Virus record (IMG/VR): IMGVR_UViG_3300042561_002102
Length of the DNA: 64,000 nt
Source of the DNA: a virus
Lineage: Duplodnaviria > Caudoviricetes
Reading direction: 5' to 3' (one strand)
Within the stretch, counting starts at the first letter, position 1, and each line of letters starts with the position of its first letter. A program made the translations under genes and the position numbers. The notes beneath the pieces were generated by a model, which saw only the letters and a program-made list of their open reading frames with translations, searched no databases and was not told the origin of the DNA. Below are positions 10,140 through 18,782 of this stretch, piece by piece.

Positions 10140-10273
10140 ACATAACGGCTACAGATATATTTAGGTTTTCTTTTTATATATATACTAAAAATAATAAACG
10201 AGTATGAAAGATTTAAAACACTTAAAGAGATTTAACGAGTCAGATGAAAACTCGAATATATCTGATGTTAGAA
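10140..10273 (+). repeat. Leader-type attC-like element
   Basis: ACATAAC-ggcta-cagatatatt ... aatatatctg-at-GTTAGAA; the loop holds TATATA, an ATG and the leader codons. Confidence 0.75.
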
Positions 10274-10446
10274 GTGATAAATCACACATTGATTTCTTGG
10301 ATGAATTTGTTGAAAAAATAAACCAGTTAAGAGATGATGTTAAAAAGAAGGGTTATGTTGATAATGAAAATGTGGATTTTATAGAGGAGCTTTACTCTGT
10401 TTATTCATTTTATTATGATACAGAGGAGAGGTTTGTTAAAAATTGA
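10204..10446 (+). CDS. Hypothetical protein with shared leader
   Basis: MKDLKHLKRFNESDENSNISDV, then unique sequence. Confidence 0.75.
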   Translation: MKDLKHLKRFNESDENSNISDVRSDKSHIDFLDEFVEKINQLRDDVKKKGYVDNENVDFIEELYSVYSFYYDTEERFVKN

Positions 10447-10454
10447 TTTATATG

Positions 10455-11794
10455 TCAAGTCAAAGAAAACACAGAAGTCTTTAGCTTCTGTGATGAATTT
10501 GTAAATATTTTACTAAAAATAGTAAAAAAGTTTAAGAAAATACAAAAAGGAACTTTGAAACTTTAATATATACTAATATGTTAAAGTCGTATAAATATAA
10601 GATTAAACCAACAGAAGATCAAAAAGTCTTGTTAAACAAGCATTTTGGATCTATAAGGTTTGCTTATAATTACTTCTTGAATGAGCGTAAATTTGAATAC
10701 GAAACCAATAAACAAACCTTAAATTATAATGATAATTCTGCGACTTTGACAAAGCTTAAAAAACAAGAAGAATTCAAGTGGTTAAAGGAAATCAATAGCC
10801 AATCACTTCAACATTCACTCAAAAGTTTAGATGATTCTTATAATTCCTTTTTTAAGAAAAGAACTGGATTTCCTAAATTTAAATCTAAACATAGTAAAAA
10901 TTCATTTAAAGTTCCTCAATTTGTTAGGGTAAATGATGGATGTTTAATAATACCAAAGTTTAAAGATCCTATCAAGATGATCCAAGATAGAAAGTTTAAA
11001 GGTGATATTAGACAAGCTACATTATCAAAAACACCTACAAATGAGTATTTTGTAAGTATTTTAGTTGAAACAGATCACAAGAAGTTTGATAAGACCGGTA
11101 AAGAAGTTGGGATTGATCTAGGAATTAAAGATTTCGTTATAACTAGTGATGGACATAAGTATAAGAATAATAAATTTACAAAAACTTACGAAAATAAACT
11201 TACAGAAAATCAAAGACATTTGGCTAAAAAAGTTAGGGGAAGTAGTAAATATAACAAACAAAAACTTAAAGTAGCTAAACTACACAAGAAGATAACCAAT
11301 TCTCGTTTAGATAATCTACATAAAGTATCCACAGAGTTAGTCAGGAAGTATGATGTAATCTATCTTGAAGATCTAAACATCAAAGGAATGATTAAAAATC
11401 ATAAATTGGCTAAACACATTTCAGACGCTTCGTGGGGTAAATTCATTACCCTACTGGAATATAAAGCTATTTGGAATGACAAGCAGATAGTTAAAATCGA
11501 TAGATTTTTTCCATCCAGTAAGCAATGTAATAATTGTGGATTCATAAATCAAAATTTAAAATTGGATTGTAGGGAATGGACTTGTCCTTCCTGTAATACG
11601 GAGTTAGATAGAGATTTAAATGCTAGTAAAAATATCCTTAAAGAAGGAATTAAAACATTATCGTTTGGAACAGACGATTACAGACATGGAGCTCAAATAA
11701 GACCAGTTTTAACTGGCACAGGCGATGAAGTGTTTAAAAAGAAGGAGCTAATGTCTCCCGAAACACAACGAACTTTAGTCGTTGTGTAGTTCAT
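10455..11794 (+). mobile_element. Non-autonomous IS200/IS605-family (IS1341-like) element
   Basis: tnpB without tnpA; left hairpin cacagaag-tctttag-cttctgtg (10470-10492); right hairpin acacaacga-actttag-tcgttgtgt-agttcat (11763-11794). The exact left boundary is uncertain. Confidence 0.75.
10578..11789 (+). CDS. tnpB: RNA-guided endonuclease TnpB
   Basis: N-terminal HTH_OrfB-type sequence (YKYKIKPT..LLNKHFG..RFAYN); RuvC motifs GIDLG, EDL and DRDLNAS; CxxC..CxxC zinc ribbon. Confidence 0.95.
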   Translation: MLKSYKYKIKPTEDQKVLLNKHFGSIRFAYNYFLNERKFEYETNKQTLNYNDNSATLTKLKKQEEFKWLKEINSQSLQHSLKSLDDSYNSFFKKRTGFPKFKSKHSKNSFKVPQFVRVNDGCLIIPKFKDPIKMIQDRKFKGDIRQATLSKTPTNEYFVSILVETDHKKFDKTGKEVGIDLGIKDFVITSDGHKYKNNKFTKTYENKLTENQRHLAKKVRGSSKYNKQKLKVAKLHKKITNSRLDNLHKVSTELVRKYDVIYLEDLNIKGMIKNHKLAKHISDASWGKFITLLEYKAIWNDKQIVKIDRFFPSSKQCNNCGFINQNLKLDCREWTCPSCNTELDRDLNASKNILKEGIKTLSFGTDDYRHGAQIRPVLTGTGDEVFKKKELMSPETQRTLVVV

Positions 11795-11966
11795 AAAGAC
11801 GGCACAATAAAAGAAATTTATAGAGATAAAAAACAATAGAAGTGATGGCAAAAAAAATAGAAGTGATATTGAAACTAATAATCGCAATATTAACAGGTGT
11901 TGTGGTTTGGGAGTGGTTTCAAATCATTTCTATTTTGACCATCGAATCCGGTAAATTTTCATAGAT

Positions 11967-12272
11967 ATGACAGAAGAACAAATGAAAGAATATGTAGTAA
12001 ATGGTGGAAAACTTTTTACTATCAAAACGATTGAAATTATTAGAGATGGTGGGACTGTTGTATTAGACACAACTGGTGGTGTTTTTTTCATACATAAGGA
12101 TAGTAAAAAGTTTCACTATCGTTATTCACCAAGTAATGAAAATTTGGTAACAGATTTACTTTTGGTAGAATATTTGATTGAACGAATTGAGGTATACATT
12201 AAAAGATGTGAGGAAGATGTCCAGAGAAATAAAAATCTTTTAATTGAAATTCAAAAACAAAAAACATTCTGA
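11967..12272 (+). CDS. Hypothetical protein
   Basis: 101-aa ORF. Confidence 0.7.
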   Translation: MTEEQMKEYVVNGGKLFTIKTIEIIRDGGTVVLDTTGGVFFIHKDSKKFHYRYSPSNENLVTDLLLVEYLIERIEVYIKRCEEDVQRNKNLLIEIQKQKTF

Positions 12273-12286
12273 TAATATAGATTTAT

Positions 12287-12466
12287 ATGGAAAAAGAAAG
12301 GGAAAAAACAACAATCTTCTGTGGTGTTTATCACGAAATGACCGAAGAGGAGAAGAACAATTTTATCAATATGATGTCAGAAAATGGAAAGTATGATGTT
12401 GTTTTTGATGATGGTAATACTATACCTAAATTAGTGGAAATGTCTCTACCATTTTTAAAAACTTGA
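12287..12466 (+). CDS. Hypothetical protein (59 aa, not in ORF track)
   Basis: MEKEREKT...PFLKT; stop lies 3 nt before TAAC at 12470. Confidence 0.55.
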   Translation: MEKEREKTTIFCGVYHEMTEEEKNNFINMMSENGKYDVVFDDGNTIPKLVEMSLPFLKT

Positions 12467-12579
12467 ATATAACTCGTTTATTCGTGAAGTTTTACCAACC
12501 CTATACACCCGAATGATGTTGTATTTGTGTTGGTAAGATTTGGAAATCTCGAAACTTATTTGTATATTTGTAAAAAAAT
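12467..12579 (+). repeat. Promoter-type boundary element
   Basis: TATAACTCGTTTAT...TTTG (12539)...TATATTTG (12563-12570). Confidence 0.65.
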
Positions 12580-12581
12580 TA

Positions 12582-12716
12582 CACATAACGTCTCTTAGAT
12601 ATATTTAGGTTTTTTTTTTAATATATACTAAAAACAATTTACGAAGATGAAAGGTAATAAACACATAAAAAGTTTCAACGAGCATCAAGAAAACTTGAAT
12701 ATATCTGATGCTGGCG
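12582..12716 (+). repeat. Leader-type attC-like element with mutated right core
   Basis: CACATAAC..agatatattt ... aatatatctg-at-GCTGGCG. Confidence 0.65.
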
Positions 12717-13183
12717 AAGGCTTTGGATTGAAAACTGGTAAATATGTATTATATAACCATCAGACCATTCCATTACCAATTGAAATTACTGAGATAGGTA
12801 TGGATGGCTGGATAGAATTTGAAACTGACTATTCAGTTGGTAATAAACAATATTGGGTAAAGGAATTCATTGGAACAGAAATGGAGGGACTTGTATACGA
12901 TCCGATCAGGGGTTGGTTTAAATTTAGTGAGATAGAAAAAGTAGAAGGAAAAAAAATATACTTGCTTGTTGGTGATATTTTCAAAATTAAAGCACAGAGA
13001 TTAATAGATGATACTAAAAAACTAAAAGACGAATACTCCCAAAGCCAATATAAAAAGATAATAGATTTAGAAAAACTAATACATGGAACAGAAGATGATA
13101 GGAAAAAGTTTGTTAAATCTATTATGAGACTTTTAGGAATGACAAAGTGGGACTTACCAGATGAGTTGTATAGGTATTTGTAA
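12647..13183 (+). CDS. Hypothetical protein with shared leader
   Basis: MKGNKHIKSFNEHQENLNISDA, then unique sequence. Confidence 0.8.
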   Translation: MKGNKHIKSFNEHQENLNISDAGEGFGLKTGKYVLYNHQTIPLPIEITEIGMDGWIEFETDYSVGNKQYWVKEFIGTEMEGLVYDPIRGWFKFSEIEKVEGKKIYLLVGDIFKIKAQRLIDDTKKLKDEYSQSQYKKIIDLEKLIHGTEDDRKKFVKSIMRLLGMTKWDLPDELYRYL

Positions 13184-13189
13184 AATTAT

Positions 13190-13243
13190 CACTAACGTAT
13201 GATGATAAACAATCGTTTTAATGTTGTTTATCATTTGTTATGT
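13190..13243 (+). repeat. Short attC-like hairpin
   Basis: CACTAAC-gtatg-atgataaacaa..ttgtttatcat-tt-GTTATGT; perfect 11-bp inner stem. Confidence 0.8.
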
Positions 13244-13272
13244 GTAGTCTATTTCATAAATATATAATTAAT

Positions 13273-13725
13273 ATGAAGCTAAAAAAATACAACGAATACA
13301 ATTCACATAAAGATACATTAATAGTATCAGCTTTTCCAGGATGTGGAAAATCACACTATTTCAGAGAAAATAGGGACAAAATCGTACTTGACTCTGATTC
13401 AAGTAAGTTTGATAAATCAGATTTTCCAAGAAACTATATTCAACATATCAAAGAAAATAGGGGTAAAGTCGATGTTATAATGGTTTCTTCTCATAAAGAG
13501 GTAAGGGATGCGTTGGTAGAAAATGGAATAGAATTTACATTAGTATATCCTGATAAATCTATAAAAGATGAGTATATTCAAAGATATATTGATAGAGGTA
13601 GTCCAGATTCATTTATCAACTTACTTACGAAAAATTGGGAATTGTGGATTGATGAACTCGATAATCAAATTGGTTGTGATAAAATAAAACTAAAAGAAGG
13701 TGAATATCTTTCGGATGTTTTATAA
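13273..13725 (+). CDS. Small P-loop NTPase / kinase-like protein
   Basis: IVSAFPGCGKS Walker A; VLDSDSS; start trimmed to MKLKKYNE. Confidence 0.7.
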   Translation: MKLKKYNEYNSHKDTLIVSAFPGCGKSHYFRENRDKIVLDSDSSKFDKSDFPRNYIQHIKENRGKVDVIMVSSHKEVRDALVENGIEFTLVYPDKSIKDEYIQRYIDRGSPDSFINLLTKNWELWIDELDNQIGCDKIKLKEGEYLSDVL

Positions 13726-13734
13726 AATAGATTA

Positions 13735-13867
13735 CACATAACGATACTCAGATATACTCAGTTCCCAGATTTAATATATAAACTTAAATTGAAACACGAA
13801 ACAATTGAAAAGAACAGAATTAAAAGATTTAACGAAAACTCAGAATTGAATATATCTGATGTTAGCA
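13735..13867 (+). repeat. Leader-type attC-like element (divergent loop)
   Basis: CACATAAC..cagatatactca ... tgaatatatctg-at-GTTAGCA. Confidence 0.7.
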
Positions 13868-13974
13868 GTTCGTTGTATCCTACCGATGAACAAATTTTAG
13901 AAATGGTAGAAGATTTTACAAAAGACTTGAATGTGAGCAACACAGTTAAAAAAGCGACGATTTGTGGTCTATAG
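13789..13974 (+). pseudogene. Truncated leader-fused ORF joined to array B upstream remnant
   Basis: RIKRFNENSELNISDV leader; at ~13955 it runs into array sequence GACGATTTGTGGTCTATAGG. Confidence 0.5.
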
Positions 13975-13999
13975 GGGGGTATCTTTAATATATAGTCAT

Positions 14000-14671
14000 A
14001 TGAAGTATATTAGAAAGTATAAGTTATTTGAGAGTAGTGATGGTTTGACGGATGAGCAAAGGAAGTTTTTAGATAGGAATACTGAAGGAACTTGGTCGGT
14101 GAATAAAGAAGGACTTGTTGATGTTAGGGGAAGTTTTTGGTGTCAAGGTCAAGAACTTGGAGATTTCTTAGGTATCAAGTTTGGAAAGGTGAGTGGAAGT
14201 TTTTTTTGTTGGGGTAACCAACTGAGAACTCTTGAAGGATCACCTAGAGAGGTTGGTGGAAATTTTGGGTGTAATGGTAACCAACTGAGAACTCTTGAAG
14301 GATCCCCTATGATGGTTGGTGAAAGTTTTTGGTGTGGAGAAAATCCTTTAATATCTTTAGAAGGAGCTCCTGAAGTGATAGAGGAAGAGTTCAAATTCAA
14401 GAATACCTGGTTCGACTATAACTTACAATCATTCCTAGACGAGATAGACCGTATCAAGCCGGATGAAATATCACTGCTACTTACCCATCACTTCTTCACA
14501 CCACAAGTTATAAAAGAACAAATAACTAAAAATCCTGATTTCCCGTATTATGTAAGTCTTGCCTGGAATACAGAAGGATTCAAAAAAACACAAGATGAAC
14601 TTAAAAAGATCTTACCCGAGAATATACTCGTGAAGATAGACGACTTGTGGTCTATTGGTGGATATTTATAA
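14000..14671 (+). CDS. LRR-array paralogue B1 (223 aa)
   Basis: MKYIRKYKLFES; same architecture as array A. Confidence 0.92.
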   Translation: MKYIRKYKLFESSDGLTDEQRKFLDRNTEGTWSVNKEGLVDVRGSFWCQGQELGDFLGIKFGKVSGSFFCWGNQLRTLEGSPREVGGNFGCNGNQLRTLEGSPMMVGESFWCGENPLISLEGAPEVIEEEFKFKNTWFDYNLQSFLDEIDRIKPDEISLLLTHHFFTPQVIKEQITKNPDFPYYVSLAWNTEGFKKTQDELKKILPENILVKIDDLWSIGGYL

Positions 14672-14682
14672 TATATAGTAGT

Positions 14683-15354
14683 ATGAAGTATATCCAGGGT
14701 TATAAGTTATTCGAGAGTCGTGATGGTTTGACGGATGAGCAGAGAGAGTTTTTAGATAGGATTGCTCGTGGAAGGTGGTCGGTGAATAGTGAAGGACTTG
14801 TTGATATCAAGGGAATTTTTATTTGTAGTGGTGAAGGACTTGAAGATTTCTTAGGTATCAGGTTTGGAAAGGTGAGTGGAAATTTTTCTTGTAGAGATAA
14901 CCAACTGAGAACTCTTAAAGGATCACCTAGAGAGGTTGGTGGAGATTTTAGTTGTCGTGGTAACCAACTTAGAACTCTTGAAGGATCACCTAGAAAGGTT
15001 GATGGATGTTTTTATTGTTATAGAAATCCACTGGTATCCCTAGAGGGAGCTCCTGAAGTGATAGAGGGTAGCTTCTATTTCAAGAATACCTGGTTCAGAT
15101 ATAACTTACCATCATTCCTGAACTGGATAGACCGTATCAAACCGAGTGAAATATCACTACTACTTACCCATCATTTCTTTACGATTGAGGTTATTCAGGA
15201 ACAAATCGACCAAAATCCTGATTTCCCATATTATGTAAGTTGCGCCTGGAATACTGAAGGATTCAAGAAGAAACAAGAAGAGCTAAAAAAGATATTACCC
15301 CAGAATATACTCGTTAAGATAGATGATTTGTGGTCTATTGGTGGATATCTTTAA
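14683..15354 (+). CDS. LRR-array paralogue B2 (223 aa)
   Basis: Same architecture. Confidence 0.92.
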   Translation: MKYIQGYKLFESRDGLTDEQREFLDRIARGRWSVNSEGLVDIKGIFICSGEGLEDFLGIRFGKVSGNFSCRDNQLRTLKGSPREVGGDFSCRGNQLRTLEGSPRKVDGCFYCYRNPLVSLEGAPEVIEGSFYFKNTWFRYNLPSFLNWIDRIKPSEISLLLTHHFFTIEVIQEQIDQNPDFPYYVSCAWNTEGFKKKQEELKKILPQNILVKIDDLWSIGGYL

Positions 15355-15366
15355 TATATACAGAGT

Positions 15367-16038
15367 ATGAAGTATATCCAGGGTTATAGGTTATTTGGGA
15401 AAGTAGATAGTCTCACTGACGAGCAGAGGAAGTTTTTAGATAAGTATATTTCAGGAAGATGGTCAGTGAATGGTGGAGGACTTGTTGATATCGAGGGAAG
15501 TTTTATTCCTGGTGGTGGAGGACTTGAAGATTTCTTAGGTATCAGGTTTGGAAAGGTGAGTGTAAGTTTTAATTGTTGGGGTAACCAACTGAGAACTCTT
15601 GAAGGGGCACCTAGGGTGGTTGATGGAAATTTTAGTTGTTCTAAGAACCAACTGAGAACTCTTGAAGGATCACCTAGAGTGGTTCGTGGAAGTTTTTGGT
15701 GTGAAGGAAATCCCTTGATATCCCTAAAGGGAGCCCCTGAAGTGATAGAGGGTTCCTTCTGTTTCAAGAATACTTATTTCGGATATAACTTACAATCATT
15801 CCTTGAAAAAATAGACGACGACCAACCTGATGAAATATCACTCCTACTTACCCATCACTTCTTCACACCTCAAGTTATCGAAGAACAAATAACTAAAAAT
15901 CCTGATTTCCCATACTACGTAAGTCTTGTTTGGAATACAGAACCGTTCAAGAAGAAACAAGATGAACTAAAAAAGATCCTACCCGAGAATATACTCGTGA
16001 AGATAGATGATCTGTGGTCTATTGGTGGATACCTTTAA
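15367..16038 (+). CDS. LRR-array paralogue B3 (223 aa)
   Basis: Same architecture. Confidence 0.92.
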   Translation: MKYIQGYRLFGKVDSLTDEQRKFLDKYISGRWSVNGGGLVDIEGSFIPGGGGLEDFLGIRFGKVSVSFNCWGNQLRTLEGAPRVVDGNFSCSKNQLRTLEGSPRVVRGSFWCEGNPLISLKGAPEVIEGSFCFKNTYFGYNLQSFLEKIDDDQPDEISLLLTHHFFTPQVIEEQITKNPDFPYYVSLVWNTEPFKKKQDELKKILPENILVKIDDLWSIGGYL

Positions 16039-16048
16039 TATATAGAGT

Positions 16049-16783
16049 ATGAAGTATATTCGAGATTATAAGCTATTTGAGAGTCGTGATGGTTTGACGG
16101 ATGAGCAGAGGAAGTTTTTAGATAAGAATACTCGTGGAACTTGGTCGGTGAATAGTGAAGGACTTGTTGATGTCGACGGAAGTTTTTGGTGTGAAGATCA
16201 AGAACTTGGTGACTTCTTGGGTATCAGGTTTGGAGAGGTAATTGGAAGTTTTCGGTGTTATGCTAACCAACTGAGAACTCTTGAAGGATCACCCAGAAAG
16301 GTTGGTGGAAATTTTAGTTGTTTCAGTAACCAACTGAGAACTCTTGAAGGATCACCTAGGGAGGTTGTTGGGGGTTTTTATTGTTTTCGTAACCAGCTGA
16401 GAACTCTTGAAGGATCACCTAGAGTGGTTGGTGGACATTTTAATTGTTCGGAAAATCTACTGATATCTCTAGAAGGAGCACCTGAAGTGATAGAGGGTCA
16501 TTTCTGTTTCAAGAATACCTGGTTCAGCTATGACTTACGATCATTCCTGAACGAGATAGACCGTATAAAACCAGATGAAATATCACTGATACTTATCCAT
16601 CACTTCTTTACACCCGAGGTTATTCGGGAACAAATAACTCGAAATCCTGATTTTCCATATTACGTAAGTCTTGTTTGGAATACAGAAGGGTTCAAAAAAA
16701 CACAAGAAGTCCTAAAAAAGATCTTACCCCAGAATATACTCGTTAAGATAGATGATTTGTGGTCTATTGGTGGATATTTATAA
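16049..16783 (+). CDS. LRR-array paralogue B4 (244 aa, one extra repeat)
   Basis: 223+21 aa. Confidence 0.92.
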   Translation: MKYIRDYKLFESRDGLTDEQRKFLDKNTRGTWSVNSEGLVDVDGSFWCEDQELGDFLGIRFGEVIGSFRCYANQLRTLEGSPRKVGGNFSCFSNQLRTLEGSPREVVGGFYCFRNQLRTLEGSPRVVGGHFNCSENLLISLEGAPEVIEGHFCFKNTWFSYDLRSFLNEIDRIKPDEISLILIHHFFTPEVIREQITRNPDFPYYVSLVWNTEGFKKTQEVLKKILPQNILVKIDDLWSIGGYL

Positions 16784-16794
16784 TATATAGTATT

Positions 16795-17403
16795 ATGAGA
16801 TATCTTAGAGATTATAGATTGTTTGAGAATGTAGATAGTCTTACTGACGAGCAGAGGAAGTTTTTAGATAACTTTACTCGTGGAACTTGGTCGGTGAATA
16901 ATGAAGGACTTGTTGATATCAAGGGGAGTTTTCTTTGTGGTAATGAAGGACTTGAAGATTTCTTAGGTATCAGGTTTGGAAAGGTGAGTGGACATTTTTA
17001 TTGTTGGGGTAACCAACTGAGAACTCTTGAAGGATCACCTAGAAAGGTTGGTGAAGATTTTAATTGTGCTGATAATCCACTGATATCCCTAGAGGGAGCA
17101 CCTGAAGTTATAAAGTGTGATTTCCGTTTCAAGAATACCTGGTTCAGATATAACCTACAATCATTCCTTAAAAAAATGCTCCAAATCAAACCAGATGAAA
17201 TATCACTCCTACTTACCCATCATTTCTTTACACCACAAGTCATAAAAGAACAAATAACTAAAAATCCTGATTTTCCATATTACGTAAGTCTTGCCTGGAA
17301 TACCGAAGGGTTCAAGAAGAAACAAGAGGAGCTAAAAAAGATATTACCCCAGAATATAGTTGTCAAGATAGACGACTTATGGTCTATTGGTGGATATCTT
17401 TAA
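16795..17403 (+). CDS. LRR-array paralogue B5 (202 aa, one repeat fewer)
   Basis: 223-21 aa. Confidence 0.92.
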   Translation: MRYLRDYRLFENVDSLTDEQRKFLDNFTRGTWSVNNEGLVDIKGSFLCGNEGLEDFLGIRFGKVSGHFYCWGNQLRTLEGSPRKVGEDFNCADNPLISLEGAPEVIKCDFRFKNTWFRYNLQSFLKKMLQIKPDEISLLLTHHFFTPQVIKEQITKNPDFPYYVSLAWNTEGFKKKQEELKKILPQNIVVKIDDLWSIGGYL

Positions 17404-17414
17404 TATATAGTGTT

Positions 17415-18086
17415 ATGAGATATCTAAGGGATTATAGATTGTTTGAGAATGTAGATAGTCTAACTGACGAGCAGAGGAAGTTTTTAGATAAGTATTCTTC
17501 TGGAAAGTGGTCAATGAATGGTGAAGGACTTGTTGATATCAAGGGAAGTTTTTTTTGTGGTAGTCAAGGACTTGAAGATTTCTTAGGTATCAGGTTTGGA
17601 AAGGTGAGTGGAAATTTTTATTGTGATGATAACCAACTAAGGACTCTTGATGGGGTACCTAGCGAGGTTGGTGCAGATTTTGGGTGTTGGGGTAACCAAC
17701 TGAGAACTCTTGAAGGATCACCTAGAAAGGTTGGTGATGGTTTTTATTGTGGTACAAATCCACTTATATCTCTAGAGGGAGCTCCTGAAGTGATAGGGTA
17801 TTACTTCATTTTCAAGAATACCTTGTTAAGATATAACTTACAATCATTCCTAAACGAGATAGACCGTATCGAACCTGATGTAATATCAGTCCTACTTACC
17901 CATTATTTCTTTACACCCGAGGTTATTAAGGAACAAATAACTAAAAATCCTGATTTCCCTTACTACGTAAGTCTTGCGTGGAACACGGAAGGATTCAAAA
18001 AAACACAAAATGAACTAAAAAAGATATTACCCGAGAATACACTCCTAAAGATAGACGACTTATGGTCTATCGGTGGATATCTTTAA
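17415..18086 (+). CDS. LRR-array paralogue B6 (223 aa)
   Basis: Same architecture. Confidence 0.92.
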   Translation: MRYLRDYRLFENVDSLTDEQRKFLDKYSSGKWSMNGEGLVDIKGSFFCGSQGLEDFLGIRFGKVSGNFYCDDNQLRTLDGVPSEVGADFGCWGNQLRTLEGSPRKVGDGFYCGTNPLISLEGAPEVIGYYFIFKNTLLRYNLQSFLNEIDRIEPDVISVLLTHYFFTPEVIKEQITKNPDFPYYVSLAWNTEGFKKTQNELKKILPENTLLKIDDLWSIGGYL

Positions 18087-18098
18087 TATATACAGAGT

Positions 18099-18770
18099 AT
18101 GAAGTATATCCAGGATTATAAGTTATTTGAGAGTCGTGATGGTTTAACGGATGAGCAGAGGAAGTTCTTAGATAAGAATACTGAAGGAACTTGGTCGGTG
18201 AATAGTGAAGGACTTGTTGATATCAAGGGAAGTTTTTGGTGTCAAGATCAAGGACTTGAAGATTTCTTAGGTATTAGGTTTGGAAAGGTGAGTGGAGGTT
18301 TTTATTGTTATTATAACCAACTGAGAACTCTTGAAGGGGCACCCAGAGAGGTTGGTGGAAATTTTGATTGTGATGGTAACCAACTAAGAACTCTTGAAGG
18401 ATCACCTAGGGAGGTTGATGGAAATTTTTATTGTTATGAAAATCCCCTGGTATCCCTAGAGGGAGCTCCTGAAGTGATAAAGATTGACTTCCGTTTCAAT
18501 AATACCGTTTTCAGATATAACTTACAATCATTCCTAAGAGTGTTAGACCAAATCAAACCTGATGTAATATCAGTCCTACTTACCCATTATTTCTTTACAC
18601 CCGAGGTTATTAAGGAACAAATAACTAAAAATCCTGATTTCCCTTACTACGTAAGTCTTGCGTGGAACACGGAAGGATTCAAAAAAACACAAAATGAACT
18701 AAAAAAGATATTACCCGAGAATACACTCCTAAAGATAGACGACTTATGGTCTATCGGTGGATATCTTTAA
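18099..18770 (+). CDS. LRR-array paralogue B7 (223 aa)
   Basis: Same architecture. Confidence 0.92.
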   Translation: MKYIQDYKLFESRDGLTDEQRKFLDKNTEGTWSVNSEGLVDIKGSFWCQDQGLEDFLGIRFGKVSGGFYCYYNQLRTLEGAPREVGGNFDCDGNQLRTLEGSPREVDGNFYCYENPLVSLEGAPEVIKIDFRFNNTVFRYNLQSFLRVLDQIKPDVISVLLTHYFFTPEVIKEQITKNPDFPYYVSLAWNTEGFKKTQNELKKILPENTLLKIDDLWSIGGYL

Positions 18771-18782
18771 TATATACAGAGT

